From the human T2T-CHM13v2.0 reference genome, Homo sapiens, in assembly GCF_009914755.1 (NCBI RefSeq), contig NC_060935.1: 64,000 bases of DNA; one strand, 5' to 3'. Made by a program: the position numbers and the translations under genes. The notes beneath the pieces are model-generated. The model saw only the letters and a program-made list of their open reading frames with translations, made no database searches and had not been told where the DNA came from. Shown here piece by piece: positions 52,396-64,000 of the stretch. Each line of letters starts with the position of its first letter. Position 1 is the first letter of the stretch.

Positions 52396-53599
52396 TCCTC
52401 TATGATAGTGATTACCAACCTCAGGAGAGCCTGAGGATCGCCTAGGAACCTTGTTAAGCATCCATCTCCAATGCAATGATCCTGATTGGTCAGCAGGAGT
52501 GAGAAGCATTGCTCTAAACCGTCCACTAGCCCAGGAGTTCTTGCCTCAATCTCAGTGGCTCCATGTATCAATAAGCAAGAAGTACTATTACCACTAGTCT
52601 TTCTATAATTCACTCAGCTTTACTATGCCCCAAGAACAATGCTAGGCCTTTAGCATTCATTGTCTTTTAATCCTCATAGCAGCCACGTGTGATAGGTGTT
52701 ATTACCTCTTGTCTGCAGAAAATGACGTAATTGAGCTCAAAGAGGGGAAGAAACTCACTAGGTAAAATAAAGTTAGTAAGTGGCAGAGATTTTATTTGAT
52801 CCTAGATATTTTGACTCCAGAGCCCAAATCTTCACTGCAATATTTTTAATGATCCCCAGTGTCTTTCCTGTCCTTTGAGTGATTAAGACAAGACTGCTAT
52901 GCTTTTGAGGACAGTCATAGTGCTATTCAAGATATCCATAATACAGACGGGAAAACCAAGTCTCCAAAAGGGGACATTAATTGATTCAAAGAGTTCAAGC
53001 TTATGGCTCCCATGTTTGGGCCATTTTCTGTTAGACAAAACTATCACGTGGAATTATGAACTAGAAGGAAGAAGAGATGCTGGCCTCCAGTGCCAAATAT
53101 CAATGTGTTGCACTGCTATTCAAGAAGCAGAGCAATTTAGTTAGGAGCATTGGGCTGTAATCATATCCATTCTACCAACACCAAGTGTGACCTGAGACAA
53201 GGCACTCACCTTCTGTGGGTCTCAGTTGCCCCATCTGTCAAATGGAAATGCCACTGTCTAGTCTGCCTTCTGCCTTGTGAGTGGAGAGTCAATGAGAGAA
53301 GAGTGCCATCATGGTGGAAGGGATCACTCCAACTGGTGTGTAACAGCTTTGACTTTAGGGGGCCTCTCATGCAACTACATGACAGCTTAGAGCTTGGCAA
53401 GACTTCCCTTTGAACCAGGGCCCCAGAGCCAATATTCTCCTTTCTGGATTTCAGGAGGCTAAAGAAAACACTTCCCAATATTCTCCAGAAAGCTGGCAAG
53501 ATGGTTGACCAGTTGGCCCTCTAGGCCTTCTTCCTGTGACACCTGGATTTGACCTTATTGACCAGACAGGCCTTGTAGCCCTATCCCTCAGACCAAGAG

Positions 53600-53960
53600 C
53601 AGCCTCCTCCAGAGCCACCCTTACCTAAGGGCACCATCCGGATGCCTGCCTAGTTCCCTTCCGGCCCTGATGGAGGCATGAGCCTCCCCCACCGCCTGCT
53701 CACTGCTCACTCCTCGGCCGCCAGCCCAGCAGCTGTTGCCTCAGATCAGTGTGGACCATCTAATCCCCTCTCCAGAGCCCTGGCCCCCTCCTCAGGCAGT
53801 AAATTAAGGAGGATGTAAGAACAGAGGGCACCAGCGTCAGCAGAGCGGCATCCAAAACATCCTCCCCAACCCGCGCCTGAGTCACAGGGCCCTGAATTGG
53901 CCCCTCTCCTCCTGAAGCAGGGGAGGAGGAGGCCAGGACAACCAGGCCCGCGGGAAGAGG
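53600..53960. promoter_or_regulatory. Candidate myogenic enhancer
   Basis: GCAGCTGTT E-box (CAGCTG at 53730), TAATCC 53761, GTAAATTA 53799, AP-1 TGAGTCA 53878, CpG retention, non-repetitive. Confidence 0.5.
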
Positions 53961-54814
53961 GAAGCAAGAACCCAGAGGAGGGAAAGGGCAGGGGGCTTGT
54001 AGAGAGGAACCAGGCCAAGCTCCTACGGGTGTTCCAGCTCAATCACTTTCACTGTGACTCTAGGAGACCCCAAATCTCTACTCCAGAGTGACACAAGACA
54101 GGGGACCCGGATGTCAGTTTCTTATTACGCCCTGACTTCCAATCCCGTCTGTTTCACATGCCGCACCCACCCCAGACCGTTGTGTCTCTATTCCTGAAAT
54201 GGGCAGAGAATAGTCAACTGACAAGAGTCAGGAACACCTCATCCCGGGGCACATCCCAAATCCCTGTGTTGAGGGGCTGGGGCAGTAGAGGCATCTTTGG
54301 CAGCTAGCCTCACCTCCTGCCCCTGAGAGCATGGTCTACAGGACTGGCCTAAAATCCTATGACTTGCTGAATTAAAAACACCATCTAACACTCCCTATAC
54401 AGACGGTATGCTGGGGCCCACACCAAGAGCTTTCCGATCTGACTCAGAACTATCAACAAACTGAAAATGCAGGAAGAGGTAGAAAGATGGCCAAATAACA
54501 CTGGCATAGCATCCACAGGTATGACCCAGAAAGAAGGGCAATGTGGGGATGCTGCCCTGTTTTTCAGAGACGTCACCTGGAGAAGAGGCAGATGAATAAT
54601 GTAGTGACAGAGATCGGAGTAGAATAATAAATCCCAGGGGCTTGAGATTTTAAGTCAGCAAAATCAATGCACCTTTCCAACTTCACCAAGATGTGGTAGG
54701 ATAAGACTCGCCCCTCAGAAACAAAATAGAAATTTTCATGGGCACAAAGAAAATGAATTTGTTCAGGGGAAGGGAAACAATCCTATATGTCAAAAGCACC
54801 AAGGATTGTGTTTC

Positions 54815-55930
54815 AGGTTTGCTTTAAATGCCATTTATATGCTGATGACTGTCAAATGGCTATCCTCAGGCCAGATCTCTCAATCAACTCCAAACTCGTA
54901 TCTATCAGCCTATGTGGTATCAATCACTTGGATATCCAATAGACCTCTCAAATTTAACCTATCCAAAACTAAATTCCTGATCACCCACAAACCCACTATA
55001 TATACAGCCTTTCCCATCTCAGCTTATGGGTAACTCCCTCATTCATGTGGCTCAGGCAAAAACTTTGGCACTATGTCTTAATCTTTTCTTTGTCTCCCCT
55101 CTCTACTCCTAACACATCTACTCTGTCATGAGATTCCATTAGCTCTGCTTTCAAATACTATATCGAAAAGCTGACTACTTCCTACTCCTACCCCTGTTAC
55201 CATGGTCAACCAAGCAATGGTTGTCTTGTAGCTGGGTTAGTGCAGTACAACCCCTCTCTACAAGCCCTCTTGCCTCTGCCCTTGCCCCAACCTCACACCC
55301 CCACCCCATCTATTCTCAGCACAGCAGCTAGAAGAATCCTTTTAAAAATCTAAGCTAGGGTTCGTAACTCTTTGCTCAAAGCCTCCAAAGCCCCTATTTC
55401 ACTCAACCTAAAAGCCAAGGTCCTGGCAATGACTGCAAGGCTCTGCATGGTCTGGCTCTACTAACACTCGGACCTCATCTCCTCTACTCTCCTCCTTGCT
55501 CTGCTCCAGGTGCACCAACCTCCTCGCTGTGTCTCAAGCGTAACAGACATGATAGTGCCTTAGGACCTCTGTTGTAACTTTTCTCTCTGCCAGGAACGTT
55601 CTTCTACCAGATATCTACCTTACCAAATCCTCACTGTCTTCAAGTCTGCTCAAATCTCAGCAGGCCTTCCCTGACCACACTTTCACTGCAGTTGAACCTT
55701 CCCACCTTCTGGATCCTGAGCTCCTTTACCCTGGTTTGCTTTTTCTTTTCTTTTTAAATTGCATAACACCAACACTCTGCAAGTATATAATTCACTTTTG
55801 TATTAACTTTATGCTTCTTGACCACTCTCCCACCTAAAACATAAGCCTCATGGGATCTGTTCACTGCTGTGTCCTCAGGGCCAAGAACAGAACTTGGCCC
55901 ATTCATGAACGAATGGAATCAATCAATCAA
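54815..55930 (+). mobile_element. L2 LINE
   Basis: atttatatgctgatgact...acttggatatccaatagacctctcaaatttaac...gttcactgctgtgtcctcagggccaagaacag. Confidence 0.8.
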
Positions 55931-56444
55931 AGTTGTAAAGTGGAGAGGAATGTCCTCTAAAGCTCCCCTGGCCAGATCAAAGAAGTGGAGTTTGAGATAT
56001 TGAAACATGTCCTGGGTCTTGCCCAGAAATGTATTTTAAGAAGTGATGGGGTCTTCATCCATCTGGATGTCCTGCTACAAGGGACTTGTGGCTGAATATC
56101 AAACATATCTCAGACCTTGAGGCACCTTTAATATAACCATACTTGTTGCTGATCAAATGGAAACTAGCAAAACAGCAGAAGCAACTTATTACCAATATTC
56201 ATCTGGTTCACTCCATGTCTGCTGTGCTGTTCATACCTTCATAACTGAGTAAACTGCCCTTGTTCTTGACTTAGCCCTGTGCCTCAACTTTAGATGTCTG
56301 TCCTCACACTCGCAGCAGTCCAGACCTGCTTTATGAGAATGTCATTTATTGCCTTCTTTGGCCACTCAACTCAAATGGCTTATTTTTTTTTTTAATCAAC
56401 TTTTGCTCCATTTCCTTTTTTACCACCTGGGTAAAAGACGGCAC

Positions 56445-57756
56445 TTAGATTAGTTTTCTATTGCTTTGTAACACACTACCACAAATTTGGTGGCCTAAAA
56501 TAATACCTACAAAACATCAATTGTAATTAAGGAAATGCAAATCAAAACCATGATGTGATTCTACTTTATACCCACTGGCATAGTTCTAATAAAAAGGACA
56601 GATATAGCAAGTGTTGGTGTGCATGTATTCCCACTGTACACTCCTGGTGGGAGCTTAAACCAGTGAAGTCACTTTGGAAAACAGTCTGACCCTTCCTCAA
56701 AAAGTTGGACATAGAGTTACCATATGACCCAGCAATTCCACTCCTGGGTATATACCCAAGGGAATTGAAGATGTGTGACTACTCAAAAACTTCTCACAAA
56801 TATTCATAGCAGCTTTATGCATAATAGCCAAAAAGCAGAAACAGCCCAAACCAAATGTCCGTTAACTGATGAATGGAGAAATATAATGTAGTATATCCAT
56901 ACAATGGAATGTTATTCAATCATAAAAAGAAATGAAGCACTGATCTATGCTACAACTTGGATGAACCTTGAAAACGTGCTAAGCAAAAGAATTCAGACAC
57001 AAAAAGCCACATATTGTACAATGCCATTTATGTGAAATATCCAGAATAGGCAAATCCATAGAGACAGAAAGTAGATTAGTGATTTCTGGGGCTGGGGGAA
57101 TGTAGAGTGATTACTTAATAAGTATGGGCTTTGTTTGGGGGCAGAGGCAATGAAAATGTTCTGGAATTATATAGAAATGATGGTTGTACAATTTTATGGC
57201 TATATTTAAAAAACTACTGAATTGTCCACTTAAAAAATGCCCATTTATTAGCTCACATTTCTGTAGGTCAGGAGTCTGGGAGGGCTTGGCTGAATTCTAA
57301 TTTCAAGATCTCACAAGACTGAAATCAAGGTGTTGGGGGTGGGCATGAGACATATTGCAAGAATCTGCTTCCAAACTCGTTCACTTTGTGGGCAGATTAC
57401 TGTCCTTGTGGTCATAGGGCTGAGGTCCCTATTCCTCACTGGCTGGCTGTCTCTCAGCACTTTAAGACTACTGGCATTCCTTCTTATATGGCCCTCTCTT
57501 TTTCAAACCAGCAGCAGCACATCAAGTCCTTCTTATGCTCCAAATCTCTCTGACTTCGCCTTCTGCCACCAGCCTAAGAGAGTTCTTTGCTGTTGGTGAC
57601 TCAAGAGATTAGATTAGACTCCCTCAGATAATCTCCCCTCTCTAAGGTCAACTGTACCATACAACATAGCATAGCACAGTCAGGGGAGTATCATATTTAC
57701 GGGTTCCAGTGAGTGTGGAGTCTTGGGAGCCATTCCTAGAAATTCTGCCATTACAG
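56445..57756 (-). mobile_element. MLT1 LTR split by an L1MB 3' insertion (~56508-57238, + strand)
   Basis: ttagttttctattgctttgtaacacactaccacaaatt...[L1MB]...ccatttattagctcacatttctgtaggtcaggagtc...gaaattctgccattaca. Confidence 0.78.
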
Positions 57757-58183
57757 TATCTGAGAATTAGTTTAGGTAGACTTGCTGACAATTTGATCTC
57801 CCGGAAGGAGCAAGCATTCCCAAGCACCTGTTCCATCCACATGCTGGAGGTTCCATGAGTTACTCGTTTGTCTCCATGGTCCCCAGGCCAGTGCTAGTAC
57901 ATAATGCGTGCTTCAGTGAGTGCTCATTGAATGTTTGCTAAACGGTTCCTACTCTGTAAGGGGTCATTCATTGTTTACCGGGAAGGCAGACCCATACAAA
58001 ACCCAGGAAGCTCCGGAGGCTGAGAGCCGTAAGAGGGAAGGTAAGCGCACGTGGTGTGAACACTTGGGAGGATGTGACATGGGGAATGGCTTCTTCTGAC
58101 CAGTTAGATGAAGACAGGTTAGATGAAGACAGGTTCCTTCTGACCAGTTATATAAAGAAAGTAGCCCAGTCATTTCTGAGCTT

Positions 58184-58260
58184 GTGCTCACCATAGGGGT
58201 TATCCATAGGTGTTATTCATAGGGGTTATCCATAGGTGCTCACCATAGGGGTTATCCACA
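58184..58260 (+). repeat. 13-bp minisatellite (CCATAGGKGTTAT), ~5 copies
   Basis: Units at 58191, 58204, 58217, 58230, 58243. Confidence 0.9.
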
Positions 58261-58593
58261 TGAGATATATGCCAAGCATGTCCCCATTTTTGGAAGGCAA
58301 ATCTCAAAAAGTGGGGGGAGGAGATAAATAGGCTCCTATGAGAAAATGTGCTATTCAAGGATAAAATAAGTTTAAATTTTAAATGCAAATGATTCCAAGA
58401 AAGAAGAAAAATGCGGGAAAAGCCAGGGGTAGGGGGGATAGTAGCCCGAGAGAACAATACAGAATTATATAAACTCTGCAGAGTGTCCTCTGATGCTCGC
58501 ATTCATTCTTTCAGCAAATATCTACTGAGTGCTAACCATCTACTGAGGGCACTGTGTTAGGCACAAGAGCACATGGAGAAGCCAGGTGGGAAA

Positions 58594-59050
58594 TGTGGTA
58601 GGCAGCCTCTACGATGGTCCCCAGTGATCCTCGCCTCCCATCACACTGTAATCACTTCCCTCTGATTATGAGTATCAGCAGAAGTAGTGGGTTGTCACTT
58701 CCACAATTAGGTTATAAATAGACGCGGCTCTGTTTAGGGTGCACGCTCTCAGTTCACTCACTCTAAGAGAAGCCAGTTGCCATGTTGGGAGTCGCCCCAT
58801 GGAGAAGCCCACATGGCAAGGAGCATCAGCTCCAGCCAAAAGCCACGTGAATGAGCTAGACATGGATCCTCCCCTGGTGAAGCCTTGAGATGACTGCAAC
58901 CCCAGCCAACACCTTCACTGCAGCCATGTGAGGGACCTGAGCCAGACTGCAGCTAAATTGATCCTGGATTCCTGACCCATAGAAACTGTACAACTATAAA
59001 TGTGTTGTTTTAAGCTGCTAAATGTAAGTAGCAATAGGTAACTAACATAG
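58594..59050 (+). mobile_element. MaLR solo LTR (MLT1E/F-like)
   Basis: tgtggtaggcagcctctacgatggtccccagtgatcc...gattcctgacccatagaaactgt...gtagcaataggtaactaacata. Confidence 0.82.
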
Positions 59051-61369
59051 GAAAGATTATAAAAGAGATTATAATACTCTCTAATAGTTACAATAAAGAA
59101 TATATAGAGAATATACCAAAATCAGAGACAGGGCAAACACCTGAAGCTGAACCAAAGAGATGGCTTCAGAAAAGGGAGCAGGAAGGGAGAGGACCCCAAT
59201 GGAGTGAGACTTAGGAAATTACTAATGGCAGCAAAAAAGGATTTCTTGTTTTGTTCAGGGTAAGAAAAGGAACAAAGAAGGCTTCTGTTGGGGCTGAGGG
59301 TGGTAGAGAAGCAGAACTCTCCAGCTTCATCTGCAGCTATTGTCTTCATATTGAGGTCCATGAGCCTCAAGCTGTGGCATTCCTTTCTCAAATGTGGCCA
59401 CGAATGGAATTAGGTTTGGTTGGAGTAGACTGAAGAAGGAGACGTGGGGAGAGATTGTCCTAGAGCTCAGAGCTCTGCCAAGTACATTTTTCTCTTTAGG
59501 CCCGAGAAATCCCACTTTGAGTCCTGGGAGCACGTGAGGTGAAATGGGAGTTGCTGGTGACCTTTGAGATCTGGGGGATGGGAGGTGGCAGACATTGCCT
59601 TCATTTCCAGAAAGAATAAGGTGGATCCCAAGACACACAGATCAGGGTGCTGATGTTGATCTGGGGAGAGGGTCTAGAACAGATTCCAAAGGGATGATGT
59701 GTGAGCTCCAGGACCCAGCCCAGAGTTCTCTAAACAACTTAGGCCTACGCTTACCAGTTTTCTTGGCTTTTAAACAGCAAAGGATGAACAATCATTATCA
59801 AGATAAAGGTAAGGCTGTGAAAATGGCATGTCCTGATTTCATCTGGGCAATTGATACAGGCTTCATAAGTGGAAGAAAAATACAATCAGGATTGTTTGTA
59901 ACCATTTGAATAGTTATGGCCAGAGATGACTAAAGGAACATTATCAAGGTATTCCCAGGAGACCCTCAGTCCCTCCTGGATACTACTACTAACAGTTAAC
60001 ATGTATTGTGAATTTCCACGGTACTGATAACTGTTCTAAGCACTTTCCATGGATCTTCTCATTTGAGTCTCAAAATCCTATGAGATATAATCAGCTCCAT
60101 TTGACAGATCAGGAACATTAGGTGCAGGAAGTTTAAGTAACTTGACAAGGTTACACATTAGGATATCACAGAGCCAGGACAGGCATCCAGTGATCCAGAC
60201 TTAATGCCTTTGCTTTAACCATGTGGTCCTATTGCCACAGAGATGGCAATGCCAATATTCTCCACCTGGAGAGAAGCAACTTGGCTCAGCCTGCATGAAT
60301 ATGAAGCAGGCTCAGATGCGGGGTGCGCATGCATGCAGCCCTATATTAGCGTGTGACTATGTGTGCAATGTGAATGTGCATATGCATGATATGTGCGTGC
60401 TGTGTGCTCTGAGCCAGGATGTTGCTGGGAAAAGCTGAAGGGAGAGGAGTGGGGCACTGAGAACCGTGCCCAGGGTGTTGGGAAGCAGCAAGAAGTTGGT
60501 CAGTGGGTCAAGCAGCCGGTCACCCGAGCAAAGAGGGTAACAGGTGGGCAGGGCTGTTGGGGAGGACTAGCCGGCTCCCACCTGCTGGGGCTGTCCATCA
60601 GCACTAATACTGGCAGTGCCTGAGGCCAGGACCCCCAGCAGGCCAGCCTCAGAGACACACCCTTCTAGGAGACATCCTTCCCAAGGTGGCAGAGACACCA
60701 AGTCCTGGCCCAGACCTAAGCAACCAGGTTCCACCCTGTTCCCTCTTACCCACCCTACGCCAGCGGCTAAAAGCTGCCTTGGCTAGCTCAGACCCTGAGA
60801 GCTAAGGGATGGGAAGGGTTCCGGTGGGGACACATGGCCAGTGGCTGTTCTTCCATATTCATCTGTCTTTAATATTCAGATGAATGGAAGTACATGACCT
60901 TGCTAGTGTTTTGGGGTAGGAAAGGCAAGAGAGTCCTCAGAAGTCATCTAAATCATGCCTTTTTATTTTTCAGATAAGTAAAACTGTGGTTCAAAGAGGC
61001 CCTGGGACCACCTGCGAAGATCCTGGGATTCATCAGGGGTCTGGTAAGAGCCAGAAGATTCGAACTGAAGTTTGGCTGCCTGGAGGGGAAGGGAGTCTTG
61101 CCTGGGTATGTCAGCAGGCGGAGGCTGTGAATAAGTGTGGTGGGGGAGATGAAATTTGGGGCTTCACAAATCCAGGTAGGGAGGGGGCCAAAGTCTGGCC
61201 AGCTGAGCAGGGCACAACCCGCAAGTGAGAGGCATGGAGAGTGAGGGAGCTGGAGCCGAAGTCATGATCTAGTGGAGGGGCAGGCACAGAGCTGGCAGGT
61301 GGTAGCACCAGGGCAGGGCTGGGCGCTGCAGGTCCAGCGTTGGAGAGTCTGGGATGGGGCTTGTGACTC

Positions 61370-61960
61370 CAGCGGGCCTGAGGACAGAGATGGAGGCCGG
61401 TGGGCAAAGCGGGGAGGATCTGGGCCGCGGCCGTGGGGGTGCTGGGGAGAGACGGGGGTGCGAGCACAGGGTCAGTGGGCGGGGAGGGACTGGAGAGCGC
61501 TGGGCAGGGCGAGGAGGTGGGAGCCGCGCTAGAGCGTGGGGAGGGGACCCGCAGTGGGCGCGCGGCCTTAGAGAGGGGCCAGGGCCGGGGCCGGGGCCGG
61601 GGCCGGGCCGGGGCTGCGGTGAGGGGAGGCGCGTGGCCGGCCGCCCCCAGCTGTGGCGTCGTTCAGGCCCGGCTTATCGGTGCCGGGGCGAGGGATTAGG
61701 GGCAGTGGCCGCACCTGGCGGGGCGGCCGCAGGGCTAATGCTGTGTGACCGCCGCGGCCCCGCCCGACAACTGGCTTCATCCCGCCCTGGAGGCCTGTGG
61801 GCTCGTTAGCCCCGCCGGCGTGTGCGCGGGGTGCGGCTGCGGGCGGCGAGTGCACGTGTGCCGCGGGGGGCCCTGCCGCTGGCGCTGACGGCCACCGGCT
61901 GCGCCCAGCTCCAGGGGGTCCCAGGAGTGAGGCTGCCCCAGGGGCAGTGGGGGCGGGGGA
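61370..61960. promoter_or_regulatory. Intergenic CpG island (probable lncRNA promoter or enhancer)
   Basis: Very high GC and dense CpG (gcgcgcggcc, gcggccgc, GC boxes ggcggg/ccccgccc), unlike the CpG-depleted flanks. Confidence 0.85.
61575..61615 (+). repeat. (GGGGCC)n hexanucleotide repeat, ~7 imperfect units
   Basis: ggggcc agggcc ggggcc ggggcc ggggcc gggcc ggggct. Confidence 0.92.
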
Positions 61961-63224
61961 ACACTTGATTGTGTGCCCTGTGAGCTCTTGTCACTGTGTG
62001 ATGGTGTGGTCCGGGGGGTCTGGGGGTGTCTCTCTGATATGACAATCCCTGTTATCACCCTATGTGGACCATGTGTCACTGTCCAGGACCTTAGCCCATA
62101 TTCGGAGTATCTCTGTAACCAGACTGTCTATGGGACACCTCCATATTCTTAGTGTGTTTAGGGGTTTTGGGAAGAGCTTCCACCTTCCTTGGGACCTGCT
62201 GCTCAAGTTCCTTCTGCAGACACACCTCTGGGGCGCAAGACCCCCCACAAGCTCCTTCCCAGCAGCAATGTCTCAGCCATCCATCCTGCAGGGCCTCAGA
62301 CCTCTGGTGCTGAGATGGAGACAGTGCCTAAGTTCTGGCACCTGGATTCCTGCCCTCCTTAAACTCAGGCCTGCTCCCTAAGCCCATCCTCATCCCAGGC
62401 CTAGCTCAGGGCCCCCAGACATGCTTTAACATGCCCCCTTTCCTACCAAAATAATTGGATCTGAATAAAGTTTGTGTTAGAACTGAGAAGTTTTATCTAA
62501 CCTTATAGACGAGCCCCCAGGCCTTTGCACCTGCTGTTCCCTCTGCCTGGAAGGACACTCACTTCCCTTTTCCTAGAGCTCAGGAGCCACCTCCACTGGG
62601 AAGCCTTCCCTGCAGCAACACACTCCACACCATCCTTCCTTTTCCTTGCAGAACCTTGGATCACACCTGCTCCGGCTATTCTGATGTCATCTCCATCTCC
62701 TGGAGGCAGTTGCTGCATGAGAACAAAGGCAGGGCCCAGACGAGGTCTGGAGGGATAAGCGGCAGGGATCTGGGCACTGAGCTGAGGCACTGGGCAGGCA
62801 GAGCCATTGCCCTCGCCCCTACCATGAACCCCTACAGAGATGCTGCTAGAACCTTGCTTTCTAAGGGGTAGGAGGGTCTGGCTGCCTCTGCCTCTACTCA
62901 CCCCATAGACACACAGGCCTTCTCTCCATCCAGGGAGAACATAGCTGCCAAGAGCAGTCCTGCCCCCACACCAGGCTCCCCAGCAGTGAGGAGCTGGGCT
63001 GGGCTGTCCTCACCCGCCCTCTTGGCCTCACCCTGGCCCTTCCCTGGCCCTGCCTCGGGATGCCAGGACCCATAGCAGGTGCCTGGACAGGCTTGGGGAT
63101 GGAAAGGGGGCTGGGCACAGAAGGCCAGCTTCTGGCCAAGAACAGAACTCATAGAGAAACAAGTTCCAGAATCCTCTTCATCCTCCTTTTCCCCACCCAC
63201 TCTTTAGTTTTGTTAATAAATACA

Positions 63225-63845
63225 GCTACCATATACTAAGCACTTATTGTCTTCCTTTGCACAGTATTTGACACTGTATGTGCATTGTCTGTTTAATCCT
63301 AAATCAATCCTGAAACGTAGATATTACCATCCTCATCTTTCTGATGAGGCAATAGAAATTCAGAGAGGCTATATCCCTTGTCCAAGGTCACCTGACTGGT
63401 TAGTGGCAGAGCCAAGATTCACACCCCACATCTTTCCATGCCCTTGTCCTCCAGTGCTGACCTCAGGTGCTGCTCTCCTCACCCTAGGTGGTGACTCTGT
63501 TATACCTCTGCCTCCCACATTAGCGTGGGAGCTGTGGGATAGCAAGGACTGTCCTGTCCTCTCAGTGAAGGAATTCCCAATGAAGGAATGAAAGAATGCT
63601 TGCGGAATATTAACTTGACTGTTAGAGGGCACAGCAGGGTAGTTACACACATGGGCTCAGGAGCCCAAGTGCTGGGGTTCAAATCTCAGCTCTTACTTGC
63701 TCTGTGACCTTAGGACACTAATATTTCTGTCTCAGTTTCCTCATCTATAAAATGGGCATGATAATAATATGCTGGTGTTGAGGAGACTGACTTAGGAAAA
63801 GTTCCTGTCCTATAGTAAGTAGTGCATGTGTTAGATATGACTCTT
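63225..63845. mobile_element. MIR fragments (minus ~63225-63425; plus ~63625-63845)
   Basis: gatgaggcaatagaaattcagagagg...agtggcagagccaagattc; gggttcaaatctcagctc...ctcagtttcctcatctataaaatggg. Confidence 0.7.
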
Positions 63846-64000
63846 AGTATCTCCCACTAGATTAAAATGGGCCCACTCTCTGCTTGTATCCCCCGCACTT
63901 AGCACACAGCTTGCCTGTAGTAGGTCCTTCCCTTCCTCATCTATAAAATATGACTAAAAATATCCATCTGGCAAGATTAAGGGGATGTATGTAAAGTGCC

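Noticed and set aside
58184-58260. Repeat array superficially like a CRISPR or iteron array; contains TTATCCACA (DnaA box)
   Set aside because: No spacers, 13-bp contiguous units, mammalian DNA; a chance match within a minisatellite
61354-62079. Overlapping Gly/Arg/Pro-rich ORFs in the CpG island as protein-coding genes
   Set aside because: Expected from stop-codon scarcity at very high GC; no domain similarity

Overview
Human (or great-ape) genomic DNA, not microbial. Bases ~540-11750 hold the last 12 coding exons of OTOG (otogelin, + strand). I spliced them by hand into one open frame of ~420 codons: Cys-rich VWC-like modules, then the C-terminal cystine knot, ending ...[10 protein letters not shown], followed by an ATTAAA signal. 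The remaining ~52 kb has no credible protein-coding gene. From known gene order (11p15.1) it is the OTOG-MYOD1 intergenic interval; MYOD1 itself lies beyond the window end. It contains a ~15 kb stack of nested old L1s with Alus, Tigger3 and MaLR LTRs, further L1, L2, MIR and LTR relics, several unique motif-dense candidate myogenic enhancers (~16.0-16.4, 19.4-19.6, 49.0-49.7, 52.2-52.4, 53.6-53.9 kb) and a CpG island at ~61.4-62.0 kb with a GGGGCC repeat. The most interesting observation: the penultimate OTOG exon starts CAG|GTAAGG, so splicing regenerates a donor site. Both skipping that exon and retaining the last intron lead to the same NMD-escaping, cystine-knot-less alternative C-terminus. 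Repeat subfamily calls are from recalled consensus sequences and their boundaries are approximate.
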